Source: Paraphysomonas bandaiensis
Taxonomy: Eukaryota; Protista; Chrysophyceae
Reading direction: 5' to 3'
Length of the DNA: 64,000 nt
Assembly: GCA_965644295.1 (NCBI GenBank)
Contig: CBFFRP010000615.1
Location: 1-64,000 of the forward strand
A program made the position numbers and the translations under genes. Below are positions 11,052 through 25,618 of this stretch, in pieces. The notes under the pieces were generated by a model. The model did no database searches, had not been told where the DNA came from, and saw only the letters and a program-made list of their open reading frames with translations. The number at the start of each line of letters is the position of its first letter. The stretch's first letter is position 1.

Positions 11052-11702
11052 TTTTCGGAGTAGAGTAGCATATAAAATACATCACGTAACGCAACAACCT
11101 ATGGGAGATTGCCTTCCTCCTCTGAGCCAAAGTAAAACTGTGTAGTCTATCCTCACGAAAGGTTGGGGCCCTGAACGACTTTACAATTAATATTGATATG
11201 CAGATCTGTTTACCAGTTATTTGAAATCCACGAGCAAGTGTTTCTCCCACAGACAACGAAGATAGAGCCAAAACAATCAACTCATCACCAACATAAGATT
11301 CCTTTTTCCTCTCATTCATTGTTGCAACAACCTTCAATTGCGCTTGTACGATGCATTTAACTTTTCGATCTTCGTTCAAAGCGATTGAGGATCAGGAAGA
11401 AGTTAATATAGATTGGAAGCTTTTCTTAACTGTGAATGAAAGGAAAAAAGTCTGATGTTTACGACAAATCGACTGTTTCGCCTATACCTGCGTTGACGTG
11501 TGAGGAACACTTGTTGGTGGATTTTAAAGAACTGGTAAAAGATCTGCATAATATCAAACATTAGTTCCAGAGTCTCGTTCAGGAGCCCAAATTCGAATAT
11601 AATTCATATCATGAGGATGGACTAAAATCATACATTTGCCCAGAGGAGAAAGGCTAATCTCCCATAGGTGTCGTTACATGTCGAGTTACTCTATTCTCGA
11701 AA
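11052..11702. mobile_element. Degraded foldback (long-TIR, MULE-like) non-autonomous DNA element
   Basis: Arms ~11052-11330 and ~11430-11702 are diverged reverse complements, e.g. ACCTATGGGAGATTGCCTTCCTCCTCTG vs CAGAGGAGAAAGGCTAATCTCCCATAGGT, and ATGCAGATCTGTTTACCAGTT vs AACTGGTAAAAGATCTGCAT. Confidence 0.75.
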
Positions 11703-11890
11703 GGAATTCCCCTATCTCCGTTATTTCTGACTTATAGGCATCAAGTGGCGGTCAATCGCATAACGGAACATAAGTTAATAAAAGTTGTGTAAAACTTGTC
11801 CGCTTTAAGAATAAAAAAACTATTCGAAAGCTTTTCGATTTTTATTACTGAAAACTCAAAGACGGATCACCGTCGACATGCCATAAACCC

Positions 11891-14800
11891 TCAAAGAATG
11901 GGTTCTTGTATAGCAGATTTCTTTCTACCATTGATCACATACCAACCAACGGCGCCCAACAAGGCCATGAATGCCACAACTCCAACGACAATTCCTGCAG
12001 TTTCTCCAGGGCCGAGGCCGTCATCATCGTCATTACTGTCACTCTTAGGATTGATCGGATTCGTGACGGAAACCGTGCAAGTGTTTCCTACAACAGTGAC
12101 GTAGAGGGGGGTATTGGGCGGCACGCCCACATATGGGTACAAACCAACGTCATCATCCTCGATAATATCCGCGGCAGCGTCACAGTTGTATACCCCCACC
12201 CTGTACTCTATCACACAAAACGTTACGGACACATTTTTATTTAGTTGTCAAAGTTACACATATGCAGCTTATTCCACAGTGACTTTCGTAACGCTGATAC
12301 AGAACAAATTGACAGCGCCTATCGTGACATGCTAGATGTAAATTGCTGCGATTACCTTCAACGCCGAATAGCTGGCCCATATAGTCATCATCAAAAAAGT
12401 CATCATCTCCGGGCACTCCAGTTAGCATAAGTTCGTATGTGGAGTCCGTTGTTATACATATCTTGTGCTCAGCTGTAATTCCAGTCACTAGAGTGCCTTC
12501 CCACAGTTCAATCGCATCCGTATCAAGTGCATACGTCTCCAGTGAATATTGAGAGTCTCCTTTCCAACCGTAAGGAACACCGTATATGCTTCCCCCTAGC
12601 ATCAGATCCAATTCATACCCCGCACACACGTTACAGGCACTTGCAGACGATAAGTCCATATATGCAGATGTTTGGTACTCGGACAAGTAGATTCCGCATT
12701 GGGGAATGTCCACTCCCATCTCATCGGAATCATCGCCACCCATAACCAACTGTACGTTATAAGAGCCTTGATCCAAACAGAAGACATCATATCCAATTAC
12801 ATCACCAGGGACACTCGACGACATCGTCCCATTAGCTACCACATTCATATCTGTATCCAGAATGGTGTAGAGGTTGCCCTCCCCCCACCCATCAGCACCG
12901 CGATCCATCTTCCGCACAGTGAGCATTTGCTGATTCGAAGGACAGTCCAGTGAGTTGTATGCACTGTCCATATCGACTGGGGTGACTACCCTGTTGCTTA
13001 CAGTTCCATCAGCAGAAGTGATTATTACAGTCGCCAACTGTGCTTCTCCATTGGGAAACACTTTAGCAGTTGCTGTGATGACATATACTCCGGGTTCAGG
13101 CTGGGGAATGGATACCTGCTCCACATTGTTTATCTCATCACCAGCTACTCCATTTCCATACATAACAACTCCAGAGGGGAGTGTGATCTTGAGGTCAATA
13201 TCGTTAATCAACTATAACCAACATTAAGCAAGGAAAATATATTGACGTCAAGTGGGTAGTGATGAATGGTCTCTTACCATTTTAGCGGACACAATGCTGT
13301 TCGGAGGATCCATCCACACCAATGTTGCCTTAACTGGTCGCGTAGCATCACTCACCGTTAGAGTATAGCTGACCTCGTGCAAGGGGTCGATTGACATCTC
13401 GTCCACATACAAGTCAGTGACTGATTCAATTCCAGGATACGGCATGACGTTCTGGCAATAAAACAGTATCAAGATAAATATCAAGTATGCTATTTAGCAC
13501 ATGCTCAGCTCTGCTTAGCTGAAGCGCAGAGGCTGAGGGAAATCATATCACGTAAGCATATCTCAACTATAGTAAAATTGCGAACCGCACAATGCTCTGT
13601 AGTACTTATATATCACCTGTAGAGAGACCCTCCCGAAACCTTGGTAATAATCAGGAGGTGGTCCTAAATTTGCAGAAAAAATTGGACATGTAGCGTTAGC
13701 AAGGCACGAAGGAACAGATCTAAAATTCCAAGACAGAGGTAGAGCCTTGATTACGTACCTAATTCAGCGGTAGGCTCCGTTGTATCCCTGTTCGCAGTGT
13801 AATAGGTGTCCATGGGTTCGCCGGAGTGGATCAGCATAGCCTTCACAGTAGCTCCCCTTGGGCTGTAAGCACTGCAGTTATAGACAGCCTGACAGACAGT
13901 GGCATAGAAGGATGGGTCCTCGAAGTATTGTCTAATCTGAGAGGCCACCCCTGCAGACACAACTGATTTGCCACTGGAGCACAATATAGCAATGCGGGCA
14001 GTGCAAAAACTGTTATCATAATCGGATTTGTACACCGTAAACATCCCAGGTTTAGCAAGCACTTCTTACCTGCCACAGCTGGTGTTGCCATGCTAGTGCC
14101 AGCCATCTGAATGGTGCTGCACGTTTCGATAGCGTGCCCGGATGCATTGGCCGAAGTTGTGAAATACCCAGGGGCAGTGATATCCGGTTTTATACGGTTA
14201 TCAAATGTAGGACCGATGGAACTAAAAAAAGCCATGTTGTCTATGACTGTTGAGTTAGAAGCTCCGACAGTGAGAATATTCTTAGAGCATGCCGGAGACC
14301 CCATACTGAAATATCCATCCGCACCGTCATTACCAGCAGCAAATATAGCAAGAAAATCTGGATTATCCACCATAAAAGCATCCGCACTGATATCGTCCGC
14401 ATCATCTACGTTATACTCATATCAACACTCAAATATCGGACATAAAGCATTTAAGATATTGTCAACGCAATAAGGTCGATATACTACGGCACGTACAGAA
14501 ATTGAATGGTCCACCCCATGAGTTACTATGTACCCTTGCTCCGGCTTCATATGCTGCTCCAAATACATTGTTTCCTAGGGGTGAAGGGTAGTATATCTGC
14601 ATGTACGATAAATAACATGTAGTTAAAGACACAAGACCAAATCGCAACACACTGCAGAAAATGAGCTGTACGGCTACACCATCTGGCAACCAAAATATAC
14701 TGCCATATAAAGTTCTTAAATCACATACCGAGTTGCCATCAGTAGACATATCAAAGAAAGCTATTTTGGCTGCTGGAGAATGCCCGCCGTATATCCCCAT

Positions 14801-17800
14801 TGTAGAATAACTCGCATCAGATGTCTGCACGCTTCCACCCACCGTCCCACACACATGGGTGCCGTGACCACCGGTCGTGTCTGTGCCGTCCTACGGGCAA
14901 ATATTTATCACAAATACGTGTGTAGATACGTACGGTTAGTAGGTATGCATTCGTTCATACGAAAAGAATACATTGAATATGAATGCATATAAGCTTTGTT
15001 CACCATGTAGTCTATGTACTGAATGACTTTTCTCTTTGACATATCATAGGTGGGGTTCGTGTACGATGATCTTTCAACAACGCTGCCATCCTCGTTTGCA
15101 AAGAAACAGCTGCCATGCGATATTTAAAAAGAGCAAGCATAAAAACACAGCCTTACGAATATTCATCTACCCCTGTATCACCCACTCCCACTACTTGACC
15201 AGTTCCATTCAACCCAGCCTCAAAGTAAGGATACACAGAGTCTTCTCTGGTATCCGTCTGAACGATTCCCTTGATATAGTTGTTGAAAGCCTTCATTGAG
15301 TGTCTCAAGCGAATATCTACGACTTCGTTTTGTTCAGCCGCCGCTGCCAGAAGAGAAGCAAAACACGCAGTTGGAGTGGACGAATGATCCCGAATCTCGT
15401 GCAAATTTCCAACCTCAATGGAACTGGGACCGATGGCTCGATGTTTGAGTCTAGAGAAACGACAGACATCCTCTCCCACTAAATCCGTAGCGGAGGAGTG
15501 TGGGTGGGTGAGAAGCTCATCAGCTGCCTCTTTCCATGCTGTGAAGTGTGGTGATTTCCCTGCCAAGCCTTCGGCATGAATGCCTGGATGAACAGACCGG
15601 AGCTTTATCCCGAAGTCCTTCGCGAACCCCTCACGAGCATCAGCAGATTGCAAGGTGATGACCAGCTGTACGTTTGCCACATCGACAGCATGCAGGTTGT
15701 TTCTTACAATTCCTAGATGATGCATCGCACTTTCATGAATCTTGAGAGTGTTGGGCAGAGGTGTCCACAACCTGACAAAAGTGTGACATAAGTGGCGAGG
15801 TAAAGTATAAATACAATGACAATAACAGTGGAAATGAAAATAACAGCACTTGTGGTAATGAAAATGACAGTAGCTGTGGAGGTGAAAGTGTGTCTACTTG
15901 AAAGGGATGCCGGATAGGTGTTTCTGGCTGGATGAGAGGGTGCTATAGGACGCAAGTACCAAAAAACAACCTAAGTCATTCCCCGCACTGGTGTAGACGG
16001 GGCTAACGCTATCCGCTCCAAACTGCTCCATGAGCGCAGAGCTTGCATCAGCCGCATAAAAGTATCCAACACATGTGATGTGGGAAATCCTATCCCTAAC
16101 TGCAGATGGTGTACTTCGGAGAAACGATATATGGCCCGCAAGTGCCCCTTCGAAAGTGGTTACACTGGAATAGTGAAGTTTCAGTTTCTCCTTGCCCAAC
16201 ACCAAAGCAAGCGTATCATAGTCTACAAAGAGAGGATAGAATTGAGATTACAAACAAAAGGCAACCCACATCATATAACCATGTCACATAACCATACCAT
16301 ACAACCAAATCATACAACCATATCATACAACCATACCATACAACCATATCATACAACCATACCATACAACCATACCATACAACCATATCATACAACCATA
16401 CCATACAACCATATCATACAACCATACCATACAACCATACCATACAACCATATCATACAACCATACCATACAACCATATCATACAACCATACCATACAAC
16501 CATACCATACAACCATACCATACAACCATATCATACAACCATACCATACAACCATACCATACCATACAACCATATCATACAACCATACCATACAACCATA
16601 TCATACAACCATACCATACAACCATATCATACAACCATACCATACAACCATATCATACAACCATACCATACAACCATATCATACGATCATACCATACAAC
16701 CATATCATACAACCATACCATACAACCATATCATACAACCATACCATACAACCATATCATACAACCATATCATACAACCATACCATACAACCATACCATA
16801 CAACCATACCATACAACCATACCATACAACCATATCATACAACCATATCATACAAACCATATCATACAACCATACCATACAACCATATCATACAACCATA
16901 CCATACAACCATACCATACAACCATACCATACAACCATACCATACAACCATACCATACAACCATACCATACAACCATATCATACAACCATACCATACAAC
17001 CATACCATACAACCATACCATACAACCATACCATACAACCATACCATACAACCATACCATACAACCATATCATACGATCATATCATACAACCATATCATA
17101 CAACCATACCATACAACCATACCATACAACCATACCATACAACCATACCATACAACCATACCATACAACCATACCATACAACCATACCATACAACCATAC
17201 CATACAACCATATCATACAACCATACCATACAACCATATCATACAACCATACCATACAACCATACCATACAACCATACCATACAACCATACCATACAACC
17301 ATACCATACAACCATATCACACAACCATACCATACAACCATACCATACAACCATACCATACAACCATACCATACAACCATACCATACAACCATACCATAC
17401 AACCATACCATACAACCATATCACACAACCATACCATACAACCATACCATACAACCATACCATACAACCATACCATACAACCATATCATACAACCATATC
17501 ATACAACCATACCATACAACCATACCATACAACCTACCATACAACCATACCATACAACCATATCATACGATCATATCATACAACCATACCATACAACCAT
17601 ATCATACAACCATACCATACAACCATACCATACAACCATACCATACAACCATACCATACAACCATACCATACAACCATACCATACAACCATACCATACAA
17701 CCTACCATACAACCATACCATACAACCATACCATACAACCATACCATACAACCATACCATACAACCATATCATACAACCATACCATACAACCATACCATA

Positions 17801-20800
17801 CAACCATACCATACAACCATACCATACAACCATACCATACAACCATACCATACAACCATACCATACAACCATACCATACAACCATATCATACGATCATAT
17901 CATACAACCATATCATACAACCATATCATACAACCATATCATACAACCATACCATACAACCATACCATACAACCTACCATACAACCATACCATACAACCA
18001 TATCATACGATCATATCATACAACCATACCATACAACCATACCATACAACCATACCATACAACCATATCATACGATCATATCATACGATCATACCATACA
18101 ACCATACCATACAACCATATCATACGATCATATCATATGATCATACCATACAACCATACCATACAACCATACCATACAACCATACCATACAACCATACCA
18201 TACAACCATATCATACAACCATACCATACAACCATACCATACAACCATACCATACAACCATACCATACAACCATACCATACAACCATACCATACAACCAT
18301 ACCATACAACCATACCATACAACCATACCATACAACCATACCATACAACCATACCATACAACCATACCATACAACCATATCATACGACCATATCATACAA
18401 CCATATCATACAACCATACCATACAACCATATCATACAACCATACCATACAACCATACCATACAACCATACCATACAACCATACCATACAACCATACCAT
18501 ACAACCATACCATACAACCATACCATACAACCATACCATACAACCATACCATACAACCATACCATACAACCATACCATACAACCATACCATACAACCATA
18601 CCATACAACCATACCATACAACCATATCATACAACCATATCATACAACCATACCATACAACCATACCATACAACCATACCATACAACCATACCATACAAC
18701 CATACCATACAACCATACCATACAACCATATCACACAACCATACCATACAACCATACCATACAACCATACCATACAACCATACCATACAACCATATCATA
18801 CAACCATACCATACAACCATACCATACAACCATATCACACAACCATACCATACAACCATACCATACAACCATACCATACAACCATATCATACAACCATAC
18901 CATACAACCATATCATACAACCATACCATACAACCATACCATACAACCATACCATACAACCATACCATACAACCATACCATACAACCATATCACACAACC
19001 ATACCATACAACCATACCATACAACCATACCATACAACCATACCATACAACCATATCATACAACCATACCATACAACCATACCATACAACCATACCATAC
19101 AACCATACCATACAACCATACCATACAACCATATCATACAACCATACCATACAACCATGTCATACAACCATACCATACAACCATACCATACAACCATACC
19201 ATACAACCATATCATACAACCATACCATACAACCATACCATACAACCATACCATACAACCATACCATACAACCATATCACACAACCATACCATACAACCA
19301 TACCATACAACCATACCATACAACCATATCACACAACCATACCATACAACCATACCATACAACCATACCATACAACCATACCATACAACCATACCATACA
19401 ACCATACCATACAACCATACCATACAACCATATCACACAACCATACCATACAACCATACCATACAACCATACCATACAACCATACCATACAACCATACCA
19501 TACAACCATATCACACAACCATACCATACAACCATACCATACAACCATACCATACAACCATACCATACAACCATACCATACAACCATACCATACAACCAT
19601 ACCATACAACCATACCATACAACCATACCATACAACCATACCATACAACCATATCACACAACCATACCATACAACCATACCATACAACCATACCATACAA
19701 CCATATCATACAACCATATCACACAACCATACCATACAACCATACCATACAACCATACCATACAACCATACCATACAACCATATCACACAACCATACCAT
19801 ACAACCATACCATACAACCATATCATACAACCATACCATACAACCATACCATACAACCATACCATACAACCATACCATACAACCATATCATACAACCATA
19901 CCATACAACCATGTCATACAACCATACCATACAACCATACCATACAACCATACCATACAACCATATCATACAACCATACCATACAACCATATCATACAAC
20001 CATACCATACAACCATATCATACAACCATATCACACAACCATACCATACAACCATACCATACAACCATACCATACAACCATACCATACAACCATATCACA
20101 CAACCATACCATACAACCATACCATACAACCATATCATACAACCATATCATACAACCATACCATACAACCATACCATACAACCATACCATACAACCATGT
20201 CATACAACCATACCATACAACCATACCATACAACCATGTCATACAACCATACCATACAACCATATCATACAACCATATCACACAACCATACCATACAACC
20301 ATACCATACAACCATACCATACAACCATACCATACAACCATATCACACAACCATACCATACAACCATACCATACAACCATATCATACAACCATACCATAC
20401 AACCATACCATACAACCATACCATACAACCATACCATACAACCATATCATACAACCATACCATACAACCATGTCATACAACCATACCATACAACCATACC
20501 ATACAACCATACCATACAACCATATCACACAACCATACCATACAACCATACCATACAACCATACCATACAACCATATCATACAACCATACCATACAACCA
20601 TATCATACAACCATACCATACAACCATACCATACAACCATACCATACAACCATACCATACAACCATACCATACAACCATATCATACAACCATACCATACA
20701 ACCATACCATACAACCATACCATACAACCATACCATACAACCATACCATACAACCATACCATACAACCATACCATACAACCATACCATACAACCATACCA

Positions 20801-22572
20801 TACAACCATATCATACAACCATATCATACAACCATACCATACAACCATACCATACAACCATACCATACAACCATACCATACAACCATACCATACAACCAT
20901 ACCATACAACCATATCACACAACCATACCATACAACCATACCATACAACCATACCATACAACCATACCATACAACCATATCATACAACCATACCATACAA
21001 CCATACCATACAACCATATCACACAACCACACCATACAACCATACCATACAACCATACCATACAACCATATCACACAACCATACCATACAACCATACCAT
21101 ACAACCATACCATACAACCATACCATACAACCATACCATACAACCATACCATACAACCATATCACACAACCATACCATACAACCATACCATACAACCATA
21201 CCATACAACCATACCATACAACCATACCATACAACCATATCACACAACCATACCATACAACCATACCATACAACCATACCATACAACCATACCATACAAC
21301 CATACCATACAACCATACCATACAACCATACCATACAACCATATCACACAACCATACCATACAACCATACCATACAACCATACCATACAACCATATCATA
21401 CAACCATACCATACAACCATACCATACAACCATACCATACAACCATACCATACAACCATACCATACAACCATATCATACAACCATACCATACAACCATAC
21501 CATACAACCATACCATACAACCATACCATACAACCATACCATACAACCATACCATACAACCATACCATACAACCATACCATACAACCATGTCATACAACC
21601 ATACCATACAACCATACCATACAACCATACCATACAACCATACCATACAACCATACCATACAACCATACCATACAACCATACCATACAACCATACCATAC
21701 AACCATACCATACAACCATACCATACAACCATACCATACAACCATATCATACAACCATACCATACAACCATACCATACAACCATACCATACAACCATACC
21801 ATACAACCATACCATACAACCATACCATACAACCATATCATACAACCATACCATACAACCATACCATACAACCATACCATACAACCATACCATACAACCA
21901 TATCATACAACCATATCATACAACCATACCATACAACCATACCATACAACCATACCATACAACCATACCATACAACCATACCATACAACCATACCATACA
22001 ACCATACCATACATCCATACCATACAACCATGTCATACAACCATATCATACAACCATATCATACAACCATATCACACAACCATACCATACAACCATACCA
22101 TACAACCATACCATACAACCATACCATACAACCATGTCATACAACCATATCATACAACCATATCATACAACCATACCATACAACCATACCATACAACCAT
22201 ACCATACAACCATACCATACAACCATACCATACAACCATACCATACAACCATGTCATACAACCATATCATACAACCATATCATACAACCATATCATACAA
22301 CCATATCATACAACCATATCACACAACCATACCATACAACCATACCATACAACCATACCATACAACCATACCATACAACCATGTCATACAACCATATCAT
22401 ACAACCATATCATACAACCATACCATACAACCATGTCATACAACCATATCATACAACCATATCATACAACCATACCATACAACCATGTCATACATGGGTA
22501 TGTCGTATACGTACCAGTGGTGAGTGCTTGACTCGTGAGTGCAGTTGCAATTACAAGCAGTGTTGCTAGCAT
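11891..22572 (-). CDS. Subtilisin-like S8 serine protease (Kp43/TagC-like): signal peptide, catalytic domain, beta-rich C-domains, C-terminal transmembrane helix; multi-exon
   Basis: Catalytic triad VGVGDTGVD, GHGTHVCGTVGG, GTSMATPAVAG; also FAAGNDG, IKPDITAPG, KATLVWMDPP, NNVEQV; TM AGIVVGVVAFMALLGAVGWYV. Exon 1 (22515-22572, MLATLLVIATALTSQALTT) splices in phase (G|AC = Asp) to the exon starting at 16222. Confidence 0.93.
16270..22494. repeat. 13-bp tandem satellite (ACAACCATACCAT)n, ~480 copies, inside intron 1 of the subtilisin gene
   Basis: Direct reading. Variants include ACAACCATATCAT, ACAACCATATCAC, ACAACCATGTCAT and ACGATCATATCAT. Copy number is length divided by 13. Confidence 0.99.
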
Positions 22573-23264
22573 AACCTTCTTGATGTTCGTTGTATTGTTG
22601 TAGTGTGCAATAGGCAATAAGTGTGTCGGCCTCTATGTGTGAGGGGTGTGTGTATGCATGATATCATCGTGTCGAAAAGAATCCCACTCAGCACTGTGAT
22701 CTCATTCTGATGCTGTATACTGCTGTATACCAGTACAGTACCATATCCTGGCACACCACATAGGTGAGAATCTTTGCCCATACTGTACATAGTACAGTAG
22801 GAATTCCTACTGTACTGCACTGTATAGCATATACCGGTATATGGTATACGCATTGTGGCAACTGGTCTATGCTGGGCGTCTCGGCATCCTTTGTTTATTT
22901 TTGTTCAAAGAGGCCTCTAATATTGAGACAATAATTGTCTGTATTATACCATGGTATAGCCGTAGTTTTATTGCAGTAATATAAAAGATATTTTGCTTCA
23001 ATTTATTTCCGAAAAATAAGATGCTGGCTGCCGATGTACACTGTAGTCCAGGTGCTCGTGTGGATAGAGACGCAGACCGGCAGGCCATATCTTTGCAGTG
23101 GAAGCTCACGTATACTAAACTTGCGGTCGTAGACACGATGATTTGACTCGAAGGGCCGCCCAAGCATCCAAAGTGCATTAACTCTTGCTCGTCCAGGGTC
23201 GCAGGCGAGTCCATTTGACTGTGGTTAACATTAACTGTCTCGTCTAACGCACGTCTTGTGCAGT

Positions 23265-23336
23265 GATAGGGTCCTGGCGGCCTCGATAGGGTCCTGGCGA
23301 CCTCGATAGGGTCCTGGCGACCTCGATAGGGTCCTG
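23265..23336. repeat. 20-bp tandem repeat GATAGGGTCCTGGCGRCCTC (~3.6 copies)
   Basis: Direct reading; lies in a GC-richer unclassified stretch at ~23030-23520. Confidence 0.9.
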
Positions 23337-24115
23337 ATGCAGCACAGCATCTCACTAACAAGAGGTAACAAGAGGTGCCAAACCCACTGCGGTCCACAAG
23401 AGCCTTATCAGCACAAGTCTGCTTGTTATTTGGGCTGGAGGGTCTACCCGCATCCGTTTCTATGAAGCGCCAGGTGAACCAACAAGTCCTGAGCCCCCTC
23501 CCCCCTCCTAGAGGCACCACTTATGGTAGTTTATTCACGATGCAGTGTGTGAGTATGCAGTGAGGTCTGCTGTTCGAGTATATACATATGACACATAAAC
23601 AAATCCCGCACACGAAGGGATCACTTTTCGATTGTTTCGTAAAGTGGTGTGTCTTTTTTGTATGTGTATTACAGCCCTAAGAACCGCCGTAAGAGTGTTA
23701 GTTCTGTATATGGGCCTCCTTAAGTAATCGAGTCGGACCTCAATGCAATGTATACGTATATATGGCAAAATAAAGCAGCAGATAGCGTTTAGTAGTTTTC
23801 TGCTCATTTTTCTGAAGAGTGGAATAATGATAGATAATTCCTGGCAACAAAGATCAAATGATGGAGCTGTTTGTGTTGAGTTTAGCTGTTTGTGAGCAAT
23901 TACGAATTGTTTTTGTAAAATATTTGAATTATGGTGACCACTTGAAGAATAGAGCAGTGGTTAACAGCATTACATGAACACATGAACTAATGATATGATA
24001 TGCATTATGTTTTAGTGAAACTGAAATATATCAACGGTATAAGATCGGTGATTGGTAGTTGATAGAATATATATAATTGTAGCGAATATCGATAAACAAT
24101 AAGATGTGTTGATTA

Positions 24116-24272
24116 CCCCAACACAGTCGAACTCGCACCTCTTCGTGGTGTTCTGGGGGATAAGTACCGGAGATATTTCTCCGGGAAACTAACGTGAGCC
24201 GCCTATATAGTATGTATTCAGCAGATATTGTTCTGCTCACTCATAGCCTAATGCTTGTGTGGAACAAGGGAC
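24116..24272 (+). mobile_element. Element R2, terminal fragment
   Basis: CCCCAACACAGTCGAACTCGCACCTCTTCGTGGTGTTCTGGGGGATAAGTACCGGAGATATTTCTCCGGGAAACTAACGTGAGCC matches the other copies. Confidence 0.85.
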
Positions 24273-24837
24273 CAGATGACATGCTCTTTTGGATTGGAAG
24301 GGCCCCTACAGTGCATATTTCTGTGCAGAGAAACTCAGAAATGGTGACGATCGTTTATTGGAACGACGGCTTAATATACCATTTTGTTCCTCCTAATCGA
24401 TGTTATCCTAAAAGCCTTAGTGTTAAGACTTTTTGTGGAACCTCTGGCATTTCGGTAATCGGAAAAAAGGGGTTTGTCTTATATATAGCGTCACGATTGG
24501 ACAAAGGCTGATAGAAATAGTCCTCATGTTACGAGCAAAAAAAGCAATGAAATTCCTTCCTAGACGATCATGTGAGTGTACTGATATGCAATTCCGTGAC
24601 AATACTATTAGCACTGTAGTTGCTCTATATGGTAGAGAATATGAAAGATGAAACTGTTTTAAAAGAATTTAATAGTGACTCTGGAATTTAATTATATATT
24701 CTAAGGATAGTAAGCATTACTACATGGGTGTTTCTAGAACGGGAGAATGGCTTGTATTTGTGGCTGAAAGATAAGTTATGGGGAAAAAGGTAGAGCACAT
24801 ATATGAATGTATGAAATGAATGTCTTATTACGTGTTT

Positions 24838-25227
24838 ATTAAGAGTCAAAACTAATACAGCATTTTATTTATTTAACGCTACAATAACTGCTTGTGCGTC
24901 ACCTCAAGCACCAAGGTGCACCAACTTTCGCTCTATCGCTCAAAGCAAACGCAGTGAGCAAGCAGAATGTTGACATACCTGATATATACGGACTTCAGGA
25001 TTTTGGAGTCCTTGAGGTGAACAGCCCGGATGCCCTTGAGGTGGGACCATTCCCTGATCCCTGTTTATTTCAAGGCCCAAAGAATTTCACACATGTGACA
25101 CTTAATAGTGCCCCTTGTACCTTGTACCACACAAGCATTAGACAATGAGTGGGCGGAACAATATCTGCTGACTACATATAGCCTGCTCACGTTAGTTTCC
25201 CGCAGAACGCCACGAAAAGGTGCGAGC
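24838..25227 (-). mobile_element. Element R2, near full-length copy with internal deletions
   Basis: Colinear with 9395-9852, from TTAAGAGTCA through to AGGTGCGAG. Confidence 0.85.
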
Positions 25228-25618
25228 CAGGCTTAAGAGCACTAATAACTAATAACAGTTGATTCCCGAGTAATGAAGGAGAGTGTTAGTGCTACTCCCT
25301 ACACAATATATGCCTATGCACATGGAAGACGAAGATAAGACTAACACAACGTCGTATTCTTTATGAGATATATTTTTCAGCTCACACTACCAACTATGAC
25401 GTGTAAGTCAGACGTATACAACACATTTCCCCACTTTTACAAGTATACTTGGCTATTATATATATATTCATTCAAATATAATTGATGCTCGTCAACACTA
25501 TTACAGAATCAGCATTGACAGAAAGTGCTGTGCCCATATTTCAATGCTGAAATTTTCAGACGCACATATATCCAATCTTGTCCTGGTTAATCTCTTCAAG
25601 TGCAACTGAAATTCTAAT

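Noticed and set aside
16270-22494. Satellite as CRISPR array or telomere
   Set aside because: No unique spacers or cas genes; it is internal, flanked by exons, and lacks GGG runs.
16080-22569. Very long ORFs (686-1464 aa, YNHTIQPYHTTIP repeats) and many antisense MVWLYG ORFs
   Set aside because: Translation of a stop-free 13-bp satellite, open in several frames and lying in an intron.
22867-23520. 217-aa ORF over a GC-richer stretch
   Set aside because: Non-ATG start, contains a tandem repeat, no domain; probably a TE remnant.
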